Notes: a model not told the origin generated them from the sequence alone. A stretch of DNA of 64,000 nt from Octopus sinensis (GCF_006345805.1 NC_043004.1:5146001-5210000); one strand, 5' to 3'; shown: positions 39,588-52,549, counted from the stretch's first letter. Made by a program: numbers and translations.

Positions 39588-41539
39588 GTTCGGTTCGGTT
39601 CGGTTCGGTTCGGTTCGGTTCGGTTCGGTTCGGTTCGGTTCGGTTCGGTTCGGTTCGGTTCGGTTCGGTTCGGTTCGGTTCGGTTCGGTTCGGTTCGGTT
39701 CGGTTCGGTTCGGTTCGGTTCGGTTCGGTTCGGTTCGGTTCGGTTCGGTTCGGTTCGGTTCGGTTCGGTTCGGTTCGGTTCGGTTCGGTTCGGTTCGGTT
39801 CGGTTCGGTTCGGTTCGGTCGGTTCGGTTCGGTTCGGTTCGGTTCGGTTCGGTTCGGTTCGGTTCGGTTCGGTTCGGTTCGGTTCGGTTCGGTTCGGTTC
39901 GGTTCGGTTCGGTTCGGTTCGGTTCGGTTCGGTTCGGTTCGGTTCGGTTCGGTTCGGTTCGGTTCGGTTCGGTTCGGTTCGGTTCGGTTCGGTTCGGTTC
40001 GGTTCGGTTCGGTTCGGTTCGGTTCGGTTCGGTTCGGTTCGGTTCGGTTCGGTTCGGTTCGGTTCGGTTCGGTTCGGTTCGGTTCGGTTCGGTTCGGTTC
40101 GGTTCGGTTCGGTTCGGTTCGGTTCGGTTCGGTTCGGTTCGGTTCGGTTCGGTTCGGTTCGGTTCGGTTCGGTTCGGTTCGGTTCGGTTCGGTTCGGTTC
40201 GGTTCGGTTCGGTTCGGTTCGGTTCGGTTCGGTTCGGTTCGGTTCGGTTCGGTTCGGTTCGGTTCGGTTCGGTTCGGTTCGGTTCGGTTCGGTTCGGTTC
40301 GGTTCGGTTCGGTTCGGTTCGGTTCGGTTCGGTTCGGTTCGGTTCGGTTCGGTTCGGTTCGGTTCGGTTCGGTTCGGTTCGGTTCGGTTCGGTTCGGTTC
40401 GGTTCGGTTCGGTTCGGTTCGGTTCGGTTCGGTTCGGTTCGGTTCGGTTCGGTTCGGTTCGGTTCGGTTCGGTTCGGTTCGGTTCGGTTCGGTTCGGTTC
40501 GGTTCGGTTCGGTTCGGTTCGGTTCGGTTCGGTTCGGTTCGGTTCGGTTCGGTTCGGTTCGGTTCGGTTCGGTTCGGTTCGGTTCGGTTCGGTTCGGTTC
40601 GGTTCGGTTCGGTTCGGTTCGGTTCGGTTCGGTTCGGTTCGGTTCGGTTCGGTTCGGTTCGGTTCGGTTCGGTTCGGTTCGGTTCGGTTCGGTTCGGTTC
40701 GGTTCGGTTCGGTTCGGTTCGGTTCGGTTCGGTTCGGTTCGGTTCGGTTCGGTTCGGTTCGGTTCGGTTCGGTTCGGTTCGGTTCGGTTCGGTTCGGTTC
40801 GGTTCGGTTCGGTTCGGTTCGGTTCGGTTCGGTTCGGTTCGGTTCGGTTCGGTTCGGTTCGGTTCGGTTCGGTTCGGTTCGGTTCGGTTCGGTTCGGTTC
40901 GGTTCGGTTCGGTTCGGTTCGGTTCGGTTCGGTTCGGTTCGGTTCGGTTCGGTTCGGTTCGGTTCGGTTCGGTTCGGTTCGGTTCGGTTCGGTTCGGTTC
41001 GGTTCGGTTCGGTTCGGTTCGGTTCGGTTCGGTTCGGTTCGGTTCGGTTCGGTTCGGTTCGGTTCGGTTCGGTTCGGTTCGGTTCGGTTCGGTTCGGTTC
41101 GGTTCGGTTCGGTTCGGTTCGGTTCGGTTCGGTTCGGTTCGGTTCGGTTCGGTTCGGTTCGGTTCGGTTCGGTTCGGTTCGGTTCGGTTCGGTTCGGTTC
41201 GGTTCGGTTCGGTTCGGTTCGGTTCGGTTCGGTTCGGTTCGGTTCGGTTCGGTTCGGTTCGGTTCGGTTCGGTTCGGTTCGGTTCGGTTCGGTTCGGTTC
41301 GGTTCGGTTCGGTTCGGTTCGGTTCGGTTCGGTTCGGTTCGGTTCGGTTCGGTTCGGTTCGGTTCGGTTCGGTTCGGTTCGGTTCGGTTCGGTTCGGTTC
41401 GGTTCGGTTCGGTTCGGTTCGGTTCGGTTCGGTTCGGTTCGGTTCGGTTCGGTTCGGTTCGGTTCGGTTCGGTTCGGTTCGGTTCGGTTCGGTTCGGTTC
41501 GGTTCGGTTCGGTTCGGTTCGGTTCGGTTCGGTTCGGTT
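39588..41539. repeat. (GTTCG)n pentanucleotide array, about 390 units
   Basis: Near-perfect, with a single 1-nt deletion at about 39820. Confidence 0.99.
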
Positions 41540-41559
41540 GCAATTTTACGTGCTCCGCA

Positions 41560-42252
41560 TTGCAACAAGATGTGTCTTCGTCAGAGCAATTGCTGTTGAC
41601 CTTACCATTTACATAAAACGTAGCTTTGTCACTGAACAACACAAAGTTTTTCGTAAAATTGATATTTTCATCCAATTTATTCGTCTATCAGGATCGTCTT
41701 AATTTAAGTGATGCAATATCTGTAGGTTGTATCGATGAAACTTTTCCTCAACCAGCATTTTGTGGATGGTTGGTTTTGGAACACCTAACACCGTAGATGT
41801 CCGACGAAGTGATTTTGGGGGGCTAGCTAGCAGAAACTTTAGCCTCGACACCCTCTTTAGTTTCATCTGAAGTCTTTGGTCGCCCGGAACGGGGTTTATC
41901 CGAAACACTGCCTGTTTCTTTAAATTTCTTGATCAATTTCCTGACGGCAGTAAAATAAATAGGTTGCCTACAAGGGTGTGGAAGATTAAATTCTTCCGCA
42001 ATAAGACCATCCCTCTCGTCCACTTAATAATACTAACTCGATTCTTTCTTCTTTAGACAGATTCATCATTCGATCTGGGATTCTTTCTTCTTTAGACAGA
42101 GCCATCATTCGATCATCTGTAGAAAAAATAACAAATAAATTTAGAAAAGTAAAGTATTTTTTTTATTTAATTTAAACAAAAGTAAAAAAGGAAAATTATT
42201 ATTTCTTATGTTATGATTTTATTCCATAAACCCAGACTTCGTGGACACCCTA
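41560..42252 (-). mobile_element. Tc1/mariner-like transposon, 5' half (HTH and first catalytic motif)
   Basis: KFKETGSVSDKPRSGRP, VLFSDKATFYVNGKVN; terminus agggtgtccacgaagtc at about 42250. Confidence 0.85.
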
Positions 42253-42254
42253 AA

Positions 42255-43352
42255 ATTGCTCTGATTAAAACCCTTTCAACATGGAAGTATCCAAGGAGCA
42301 TTTAAGGCACATATAATTCTTTATGAGTACAATAAAGGTAACTCTGATGCCGAAGTGACTCGAAACATACACTCAGTTTATAGCAAAGTGCTCGAATGAA
42401 AGAACTTGCAGGAGATCGTCTGCAAAATTGAAGATGAATATCGAACAGGATGTCCAGTTGAGTTTGACAAGCTCCTTGAGGCATTACTTGAAGAAAATCC
42501 GTCATTATCAGTTGAAGAATTGACAATAAAGCTTACTTCAAACCATACAACAGTTCATCGTCATCAACAACGTGGAAAGGTTCCTAAACTTGGAAAATAG
42601 GTGCCTTATGTATTGTCCGAAAGCAACCGCAAATCCCGAGTTGGTATCTGCTCTTCTCTCCATTCTCGCAAACTCATTTCACCCTTTTTCGATAGACTTG
42701 TGATGAAAAATGGATTTTCTATCGAAACGTTAGACGTCGTAAACAGTGGCTTGGTAAAAGGGAAAATTCTCAACCACAACCGAGAAGGGAACTTCATGGG
42801 GAAAAGGTTCTACTCTCTATCTGGTGCGATTGCAAAGGCGTAATTCACTTTATATTGTTACCACCTAATGCAACAATCAATGCTCAAGTCTACTGTCAGC
42901 AATTAGAGCGTTTGAACCAAGCTTTGAAGGAAAAAAGAGCCGCTTTAGTGAGTCGAAAACGAGTGATGTTTCAACAGGACAATGCGCAATCCCACACTGC
43001 AAAGATCACATCACAGAAGATCGAAGGGGTCAGTTTGGAAAAATTTCTTCATCCAACTTATTCTCCCGACCTTACTCCTTCAGGATACCATTTGTTTCAT
43101 AGTTTACAGAATTAGTAGGGGGATACAACTTTCGCAAGCCAGGGGGAGGTCGAACCTGACATTTCAGAGTTCTTCGCTTTCAAACCAAAAGAGTTTTACG
43201 TTGATGGGATTAAAAAGCTTGTAAATAGATGGAGGTAAGTCATAGATAATTAGGGAAAGTACATTGATGATTAACTTTCAATTAAATATAACATTTGATC
43301 ACTTGTATTCTTTATCCAAAATTCAGACAGAACTTATGGGATGACCTGAGAT
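42255..43352 (+). mobile_element. Degenerate mariner transposon
   Basis: MEVSKEHLRHIILYEYNKG, FQQDNAQSH, HPTYSPDLTPSGYHLF; 3' TIR gaacttatgggatgacctga. Confidence 0.9.
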
Positions 43353-43657
43353 ATATACACTGGCGAAAATATATTTAAGACAGACGATAAAAGTTCTATT
43401 TCTTACAAAATATTTTGTTACTAACACCATACAAATTATTATTTAACTTTTACACCTTATGCAAAATTTATTTCGCTTTCGAATGATGCAGACAATAACC
43501 ATTTTTATACTACTTGAAGAATTCTAATGCTAAATATAATTTTAATGGAGATAACCTGCAGTATATAGTACAACATTTTTGTCTCCGTATATGAGCTAAG
43601 TATTAATAAAATGTGGTATACGATAAAAATTTCGGATATTTGTCTTAAAACATTCAG

Positions 43658-43685
43658 ACAAGAAAATTCAGATGTAGCACATGAG
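43658..43685 (+). CDS. Candidate small exon (QENSDVAHE)
   Basis: cattcag acceptor, GAG|GTATTA donor; ends in phase 0, matching the next exon. Confidence 0.3.
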
Positions 43686-43751
43686 GTATTATTTTCCATA
43701 CGAATATCCACATATTTATATTAAGAATTTCATGATAAAAATATAGAAATA

Positions 43752-44234
43752 TTGGGTTGTCCGGAAAGTTCTTGCAGATTTATAGTAGCTTATCTTTCGA
43801 CTTATTTTAGAACATGTTTGAGTCCATAAAATAGGATTTGACTACACCTCCATTTGGAGCACAGTTTAATCTATCTTTTCGTGGAAGAAGGTTTATGTTC
43901 CAATAACCTGTGTTAATTCTGTAAACCTTTAAATTAAAAGATGAGAAAAATTCATTATCGGCATTTGATGCTTTGGGAACCAGACAAAAATTGCTGCAGC
44001 TTGGCTGGGGTGACTTACCCCACCCTCCATATTCACCAGATATTACTCCTTCGGATTTCCACTTATTCAGGTCTCTGCAGAATAGTCTTAATGGTGAAAA
44101 TTTCAATTCCTTAGATGACGTAAAAAGATACCTTGATGAATTATTTGCCTTGAAACCACCCCAATTCTGGGAAGAGTATTTAGTGACCATGTACTTTCCT
44201 TTAAAAATCGGAACGAACTTTCCGGACAACCCAA
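43752..44234 (+). mobile_element. Internally deleted mariner derivative
   Basis: TIR ttgggttgtccggaaagtt, TA flanks, LPHPPYSPDITPSDFHLFRSLQN. Confidence 0.92.
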
Positions 44235-44322
44235 TATAAACATAACAATGAAATACAAATAAAACATGAAAAATGAAAACCTGAATTGAAAGAGGCGATT
44301 AAATTTTTTTCCTAACCTGCAG

Positions 44323-44382
44323 CCGTTTGTTGTACGAGGTATTCGAAATTCAGCCCTCCTTCCTCAGGGTTCCTTTCTCGAG
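44323..44382 (+). CDS. Candidate internal exon (PFVVRGIRNSALLPQGSFLE)
   Basis: Strong acceptor tttttttcctaacctgcag, donor GAG|GTAAAA, 60 nt open in phase 0. Confidence 0.5.
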
Positions 44383-44459
44383 GTAAAATCCAGCAGAAAG
44401 CAGTAAGGCACTACATGACGAGTATTCAGTTGGTAAAAGTTCAGTTTTTGAGTATCGAT

Positions 44460-46386
44460 TATTTTATTATTACCCACTAGGGGCTACATAGATGGGACAA
44501 TACAATCGGGAATGAATAATGAATTATGAAGTTTGTACAATGTGGTGTAATGCCCACTCGATCCCCGAAATCGAGCGGTTACATTTCGTCATTTGTTTTT
44601 TTTTCGTCAACAATATTTTCCAAATAAAACATTTCATACATTTTCAACATACATTTCAAGAGTTTTACAAAGTTCAACATTTCTTTTTTTTTTTTTTCAG
44701 AATTTAAAGTTCTTTTTATCATTTCCAAATTAAGTTTTCACAATACCTTTTCTTTTATATATACTCCATTATGTCTACCAAACCTGAGTAAACTTCCATT
44801 GTTCGAGGCCACCTTGTAAGTCGGCATTTCATATGTTTTGACACGTTCTCGCCAGCTGCCTCGATGAACGCCTCGGCGTCGTTCTCGTGGACGAGTGCAC
44901 CTGTTTCTTTCCATTCGGTGCCCATCCTGACCCACGTATATCCGTTTGTTACGCTTATTAGATCTTCCATCTCCTCACAGTGCCTGTGATGGATCAACGT
45001 TCCATAGTATTTGAATTTTTTATTCGTACCTACATTTTCTCTAGTTTTTCTCTTAGGACTTACTTCCTCTTTTTTCTCCTCCCTCGGTTTCTCTCTTTCT
45101 CTCTTTTTGCTTTCTCTTCTTTCTTTTTCCTTCTCTTGTCTTTTTGGCTCTTTGTCTGCCGTCTCTCTACCCTGTGCCTTAAGTTCCATTCCTGTTGTTT
45201 CTTTTCCTTTTTGCATACCATCTTTTCCTTTCTCTTGGTTCTGTTCCTTCTCTTGTTCTTTTCCTACTTTTTCTCTTCCCTTTAATGTACTTTCCTTTTC
45301 TTTCTCTTTCTTCTGCCTTGGCTCCTTCTCCACTACTTCTGCACCCTGTGAATTTTGCTCCTTTTCTACTATCTTCTTCCCTTTGTTTTCATTTTCCTTC
45401 AGTGCGCTGTTACTTCCCTTCTCTTGTTGTTTCTCCGTTATTTCCTTTTCCTTGTTTTCGCTGTTCTTTCCTTCGTGTTCGTTTTCCTTCTCTCCACTTT
45501 GTGTCTCTTTTTGCTCCGCTGTAAATTCATACAGCGGACATTCCTTTTTTATGTGCCCTCTTGATCCGCACAGGTAGCAATTCGGTTTTCTGCCTTCCAC
45601 TATTACACTAATTGTCTTCTCGTTTTCTATTTCTATTTGGAAGGGAAATCTTTCGATGTCTTCCATTGTGGCCATTAGCCACAACTCTACTCCGAATCCC
45701 TTCCAATTTACAACGTTCGTCTCCTTAATTGACCCTATTTCTACTTCCTCTTTTGCTGCCCCAATAATGGCTGTTACCAGCATTTCTGTTTTAATATTTG
45801 GGGGCACCTTTGGGACTCTTACCCGTACCCCTCGTCTTCCTTTATACGTCGGCCACATGGTGAAATTTTCCGCTTTCAGGACATTGGAAGCCAATGAGGC
45901 CGCCACTTCCTTTGTTGCGCATCTCACCTCCACCGTACCATATTTCTTTCCTCTGTCTACAAAAGTCGCTTTTTTCATGATGTCTCCCAGACATTTCTCT
46001 ATTTCTTCAATCGTCACTCTCACCAGTTTTCTCGTGTTTCTATCTTGCGTTCTATACGTTATCGTCTTGTTAATTTTTTCTTCTATTGTTTCCACAGGCG
46101 GGACCAGCTTCACGCTGTCACCCTCCCTTTTGACGAACTTCTCGTATTCCTTCAATTGTTCTTTTCTAAAGAACACTTCTCTTATTCTAAGAGACTCGTC
46201 ACTTTTTGTTGTGGCGACCCCCGCGTAAGTCTCCATGACTTGAGGGTCGACACACCTTCTATAAAAGGTTCAAACACGTAGCGGCAAACGCCTCGCGCGA
46301 TTCAATTTTTTGACAACTTTTAACAGTCTTTTTTCAATTTTCACATATAAATAACTCACAACACACGTATATATGGTGCGTATCCA
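44460..46386 (-). mobile_element. ORF1-only (HAL1-like) non-autonomous non-LTR retroelement, 1927 bp
   Basis: Perfect 17-bp TSD agtttttgagtatcgat at 44443-44459 and 46387-46403; single ORF; 3' stem-loop and (TAA)-type tail; no RT or endonuclease. Confidence 0.85.
44755..46236 (-). CDS. Gag-like ORF1 protein, 493 aa, one CCHC zinc knuckle and a K/E-rich low-complexity region
   Basis: CYLCGSRGHIKKEC (CX2CX4HX4C) at 45538-45579; uninterrupted ORF from ATG to TAA. Confidence 0.9.
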   Translation of the reverse strand: METYAGVATTKSDESLRIREVFFRKEQLKEYEKFVKREGDSVKLVPPVETIEEKINKTITYRTQDRNTRKLVRVTIEEIEKCLGDIMKKATFVDRGKKYGTVEVRCATKEVAASLASNVLKAENFTMWPTYKGRRGVRVRVPKVPPNIKTEMLVTAIIGAAKEEVEIGSIKETNVVNWKGFGVELWLMATMEDIERFPFQIEIENEKTISVIVEGRKPNCYLCGSRGHIKKECPLYEFTAEQKETQSGEKENEHEGKNSENKEKEITEKQQEKGSNSALKENENKGKKIVEKEQNSQGAEVVEKEPRQKKEKEKESTLKGREKVGKEQEKEQNQEKGKDGMQKGKETTGMELKAQGRETADKEPKRQEKEKERRESKKREREKPREEKKEEVSPKRKTRENVGTNKKFKYYGTLIHHRHCEEMEDLISVTNGYTWVRMGTEWKETGALVHENDAEAFIEAAGENVSKHMKCRLTRWPRTMEVYSGLVDIMEYI

Positions 46387-46554
46387 AGTTTTTGAGTATC
46401 GATGTTCACAATTTTTTCAAGAGGATTGCCACGTTTAAATAAGAAATGGAAATCATTTAGTTAATCATCCAATTTTGGGAATATTCCATTTTTTACTGAT
46501 ATATACTACAATAACAAAGAAATTATTTAAGATTTTAGATTTATGCATAAGTAT

Positions 46555-46860
46555 TCTTATGGTTCCAAAACGCATGGTTCTCAGTTCAGTCCCACTGTGT
46601 GGTAACTTGGCATGTGTCTTCTACTATAGCCTGAGACCAACCAAAGCCTTGTCAGTGGATTTTGTAGACAGAAACTGAAAGAAATCAATCGTATATATAT
46701 GTATGTATGTATGTATGTAAGTCTGTGTATGTGTCTTTGTGTTTCTCCCTCATCACTGCTTCACAACTGGTGTTCGTTTATTTACATCCCCATAACATAC
46801 TGGTTTCACAAGAAGAAACTGATAGAATAAGTACCAGGCTTATCAAAATTTAAAAAAGCT
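46555..46860 (+). mobile_element. SINE family A (diverged); its 3' part and flank are duplicated at about 49800-50090
   Basis: Direct comparison of the two segments. Confidence 0.8.
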
Positions 46861-46959
46861 CTAGGCAGTGTCTCACATTTTTGTTTGCCCACTCAGTTGT
46901 ATCTATCAATTTATCTTTGTGTGTGTGTGTGTGTGTGTACATACATATATATATGTATG

Positions 46960-47019
<60 letters not shown>

Positions 47020-47087
47020 ATTTCGTGGACAGGAACTGAAACAAATCAATCGTATATATATGTATGTATATATGTAAGTGTATGTGT

Positions 47088-49797
47088 TTTAGTATTGGCA
47101 ACATGAATGACAATAGCCAGAGACTACTTGAATTTTGCACATACCATAACCTGTGCATCACCAACACATTCTTTCCCAACAAGACATCCCACAAGGCATC
47201 TTGGAGACATCCAAGATCTCACCACTGGCATCAGTTGGATCTCATCATTACACGAAGATCCTTTCTGAATTCTGTTCAACTGACCCGTAGCGCGGATTGT
47301 GAGACAGATCATTCACTAATAAGAAGGGTGAGGATTCTGCCTAAAAAGTCCATCACTCCAAGAAAATTAGCCAACCACGCATTAACACTGCCAGAACCTC
47401 GAACCCTACACTGCGACAATGTTTTGCTGTTTTTATCAAGGTTGCCCTCAGTAGCTGCCCAACCTCCTCTGCTGAAAGTAGGTGGAATTATATCAGGGAA
47501 GCTTTGTATACCACATCAATAGATACTTTCGGAATGAGAGAAAGGTAAAACCCAGATTTTGTTCAGTGCTGGGCTCTCAGAGCTGGAACCAGTTATCGAA
47601 GCAAAGCGTACAGCTCTGATGCAATACAAGAGTGGTTCTTCTACAAAGTCACACGAAGAACTCAGAAAGGCAAGAAATAAAACCCAACTGACTGCCAGAC
47701 GCTATGCAAATGGGTATTGAAAGGAAATCTGTCAGAGTATCCAGTCAGCTGCTGACAGTGGCGACACCCGTGGGATGTATGCCGGTTTGAAGAAGGCCCT
47801 CGGTCCATCCGCAAATACCTCAGCCCCTCTGAAATCAACTACTGGAGATCTCATCAGGGACCAAAGCAAGCAAATGGATAGATGGATGGAGTACTACCAG
47901 GATCTCTACTCACGAGAGACCACGGTAGCTGAGGCTGCAACCGAGGGTGTCAAGATCTTGCCAGTCATGTGTGAACTTGACAGTCTGCCATCTATAGCAG
48001 AGCTCACCAAATCTATTGACTCCCTAGCAAGTAACAAGGCTCCAGGAAAAGACGGCATCCCCTTAGAGATCATCAAAACCGGCAAAAACACCATCCTGCT
48101 TCGGCACATTCATGAGCTTCTGTGTCAGTGCAGGTAAGAGGGTACAGTCCCTCAGAATATGCGGGATGCTAACATCATTACGCTTTACAAAAATAAAAGT
48201 GACCGTGATGATTGTAACAATTACCGTGGAATATCTCTTCTAAGCACAGTTGGAAAGGCCTCTGCTTGCATTATCCTGTCCAGGCTGCAACTAATTGCTT
48301 CTCGAATTTATCCAGAATCGCAGTGTGGCTTTAGAAGCAGATCGACTATTGACATGATATTCTCCATACGCTAACTTCAGAAGTCCAGAGAGCAGAACAT
48401 GCCATTATATATGGCCTTCATTGATCTGACAAAGGGCTTTGACTTGGTAAGTAGAAAAGGCCTCTTCATCCTGCTCCAAAAAATCGGATGTCCACCAAAG
48501 CTGCTGAGGATCATCAAATCATTCCATGCTAATATGCAAGGCACCATACAGCACAATGGTTCAACATCAGCCGCCTTCCAAATAAAAAATGGGGTAGAGC
48601 AAGGTTGTGTCCTTGCTCCTACATTATTTGGCATCTTCTTCTCGCTGCTGCTGTCACATGCCTTTGAGACATCAGATGATGGAGTGTTTCTGCACAGTAG
48701 AAGTGATGGGGAACTGTTCAATCTCTCGCGTCTGCGTGCCAAGACCAAAATTTCAGAAGCATCCTGATCAAGGAGATGCTATTTGCTGATGATGCCGCTC
48801 TGGTATCACACACAGAAGAAGCCCTACGAAGGCACAGCAACTGTTTTGAGCAAGCATTTGGCAACTTTGGCTTACTTATCAGCCTCAAGAAGACCAACAT
48901 CATGGGTCAGGCTACATCGGACATCCCAAACATACATATTGGAGACCACAGAGTATAGGAGGTGGAGAAGTTTACCTATCTTGGCTCTACCGTCACCTAC
49001 AACCTATCCCTTGATGCTGAGCTCAATATACGCATTGGCAAGGCAGCTGCTGTGATGGCCCAACTCACCAAACGCGCATGGGACAACAATAAGCTTACCA
49101 AGACCACAAAAATGAAGATTTACCAGGCATGTGTACTTAGCACTCTACTGTATGACTTTGACGCCATACACACGCCATACGACGCCATACGTCGCCTAAA
49201 TATCTTTCACCTGCGCTGTCTCCGGAAAATCCATCGCATCAAATGGCAGAATCATGTCCCTAACAAAGATGTCCTCAAGCAAGCAGGAATACCAAGCATG
49301 TTTGCACTCTTCACACAAAGACGTATGAGATGGCTTGGACATGTTAGCCGTATGGAAGATGGCAGAATCCCCAAGGACATACTCAACGGAGAGCTTGCTA
49401 GGGGCACTAGGTCTGTGGGAAGACCGTTCTTACGATACAAGGATGTTTGCAAAAGGGACATGAATGCCTGCAACATCAATATTACCAACTGGGAAGCAGT
49501 TGCCAGCAACCGTGGAGATTGGCGACGTACCGTGAAAGAGGGAACACAAAGGAGTGACATAGTGAGAAAGGAGAAATGGAAAGACAAGAAAAGACGTCAA
49601 CAAGAAACTATGACATTACAACCAGTCAGGCAAAGTCTTCGCTACATTTACGGCACCTGCCAGAGGGAGTGTTTGTCCCGGCTAGGACTACACAGCCACA
49701 GCAAGAGATGTATTAGGACATGAAATGTAAAAGCCGGACAAGATTATTTTATGCGCAACTCCATTGTCTCCCGAGACAAAAAGGATGCCAACAACAA
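47088..49797 (+). mobile_element. 5'-truncated RTE-clade (BovB-like) LINE, ORF2 disrupted
   Basis: APE C-terminus (LCITNTFF...WHQLDLII), RT motifs (YMAFIDLTKGFDLV, GVEQGCVLAPTLF, LFADDAAL), RWLGHVSRM; 3' end ggatgccaacaacaa; about 77-bp flanking duplication. Confidence 0.95.
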
Positions 49798-50089
49798 TAT
49801 ATATGGATTTCGTAGACAGGAACTGTAACAAATAAATCGTATATATATGTATGTATATATGTAAGTGTATGTGTGTGTCTTTGTCTCTGTGTTTCGCCCT
49901 CATCACTGCTTCACAACTGCTGTTCACTTATTTACATCCACATAACTTACTGGTTTCACAAGAACAAACTAATAGAGTAAGTACTAGGCTTATCAACATA
50001 AAAAAGCACTAGGCTGTGTCTCATATTTTTGTTTGCTCACTCAGTTGTATCTATCAATTTATCTTTGTATGTGTGCATGTGTGTGTGTA

Positions 50090-50138
<49 letters not shown>

Positions 50139-51800
50139 CCCTAATGGGAGCCTTAAATCCCAAATTTTAGTAATTTCTTTTATGATCCAAAACTTGGTCA
50201 AAAGTACTGAATGGATCTTTATGAAATTTGGAAATTATATTCTATGCATAAGAGCCATAACACCCATGACAATTCATATATTTTTGCTGTTGATGAAATT
50301 TTAACCATAGACATTAGACACAAATGAAGTAATATCTATAAAATTTCATCTTACAAAGTTAGAAAGACCCCTCCATGGGGACTTAACAACTACAATTTTG
50401 TCATTTTATCTAAGCAAAAATGAATACAGTTGTGCTCTTGGAAGCTGTAGGGTTACCCGAGCATAAAAGATGAGCATTATTTGTAATTCAATGGTACAAC
50501 AGTGTAACAGTTTGCTTTGACATACACACTGCATAAATTGTCAAGTAAATGAGAGGCATCTTTGCCTCCACTGATTCAGTTGCAAAGTGTAGAGTAAAAT
50601 TTATTTGATTGCAGACCTCCTTTCAGTCTTTTTATTATCACTCGGTCACACATAGTCCACAGATGGTAACATTGATTTCAAGGCCTTCCCAGATGAGTGA
50701 CTGGTTATTCGAAGACATTTATAGATTTTAAATTTATTCTGTCCAGTTACGTATCAGTATAGTGGTCATTTGCAAACTACAGAGGTGACACTTTCATTTC
50801 TCCTTAGCTCTCACGTCAAACAGTTGTTAATGTTGATTTCAGTTGGGTCACGCCCTTCCAATTGCTATAGATTTGTAATGCATCTTACGGCTGTGCCTGT
50901 CACCTGGATGGTGAGGAATCCTACATTAGGAGTGGTAACGACTAGGGTAGGGTAACTGACTGCTTATTGTGATCATTCGTCTTTTGGTTTCCTGTAGCTT
51001 TGCTCTCTTTTACAAACCCAGTGAACATATATTTCCTATTTCAAAGAAATTCAAACAATAGATATAAGACCCAAGTTAAAAAGATTTTCAACAATTCAAC
51101 TTCTCTGGTTGACATTAAGATGCCCACCCCAACAGGGGCCTTAACTCTCACATTTTAGAGCTCCATGACCTTCATTTTTCAGGAACAAAATCTTTTTAAC
51201 AAGTTAAATAAGACTGGAATTTTGGAATATGCGCATAAAAATCAGGATTATGGGATACATGTGGCACGATTACAATTTTTTAGGGTGTGTAAAGATTGAA
51301 ATAACCCTCATCTGTAATTTTGATGAAATTCGAAACATAGATATTCCAGTTCATCACAGAAGATATAACAGAAAAGTCTAATTCTCCAATTGAATGTAAT
51401 CGGGTAACGCCGGGTATCTCTGCTAGTTATATATAAATATAAAAAAGTAAAAGATATGCAATAAATATAAATATGTATATAAAAGTAAAAATGTACATAT
51501 ATATATATATATATATATTCTTTCTTTTCTTTCTTTTATACTTTTACTTGTTTCGACCCGAACACTTCTTTAAAGTAATTCTATATATTTCGCAAGAAAG
51601 AACGATAATATTATGTATATACTTGCCACCATCGGGGGCACAAACACAAACACACACACAGTTTCCGTCTACAAAATTCACTCACAAGGCTTTGGTTGGC
51701 CTGAGGCTCTAGTAGAAGACCAAGGCGTCGCGTAATGGGGCTGAACCCAGAACCATGTAGTTGGTAAGCAGGCTACTTACCACACAGCCACTCATGCATA

Positions 51801-51894
<94 letters not shown>

Positions 51895-52149
51895 TGTGTG
51901 TAGTTTGACAAGTGTCAATGAACGAAACTCTCGCCCCCCGAGTCACTCTGTTGCTTCTGCTAAATATTGATAAACACATATATGACAAGCTTTTTCAGAT
52001 TCCGTCAACCAAATCTACTCACAAGGGTTTAGTCGACCCAGGGCTATAGTAGAAACACCCGCTCAAAGTGCCACGCAGCTGGACTGAACCCGGAACAGCT
52101 TACAACACAGTCACGCCTGCTTCTATTCACATATATACATGATATATAT

Positions 52150-52372
52150 TTCTTTTGCTACCCACAAGGGGCTAAACATAGAGGGGACAAACAAGGACAG
52201 ACAAACGGATTAAGTCGATTACATCGACCCAGTGCGAAACTGGTACTTTATTTATCGACCCCGAGAGGATGAAAAGCAAAGTCGACCTCGGCGGAATTTG
52301 AACTCAGAACGTAGACGAAATACTGCTAAGCATTTCGCCCGGCGTGCTAACGCTTCTGCCAGCTCGCCGCCT
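52150..52372 (-). mobile_element. SINE family C, complete
   Basis: Head aggcggcgagctggcagaag, tail tgtcccctctatgtttagccccttgtgggtagcaaaagaaata. Confidence 0.9.
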
Positions 52373-52511
52373 CTTGCATATAAATCTATGCGCGTATATA
52401 GACACAGTTATACATACACATACCTAGTCATGGATGGCTACACACACTAACACACACGTACACATACACATGCAAGTAGTCACACGAGTGTACACACAAC
52501 CACACACATAC

Positions 52512-52549
<38 letters not shown>

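Noticed and set aside
39553-41675. Three ORFs of 671-700 aa (EPNRT/FGSVR repeats)
   Set aside because: Stop-free frames of the (GTTCG)n array; no coding evidence.
44980-46281. Plus-strand ORFs overlapping ORF1 (F/S/L-rich)
   Set aside because: Antisense shadows of a purine-rich K/E coding region.
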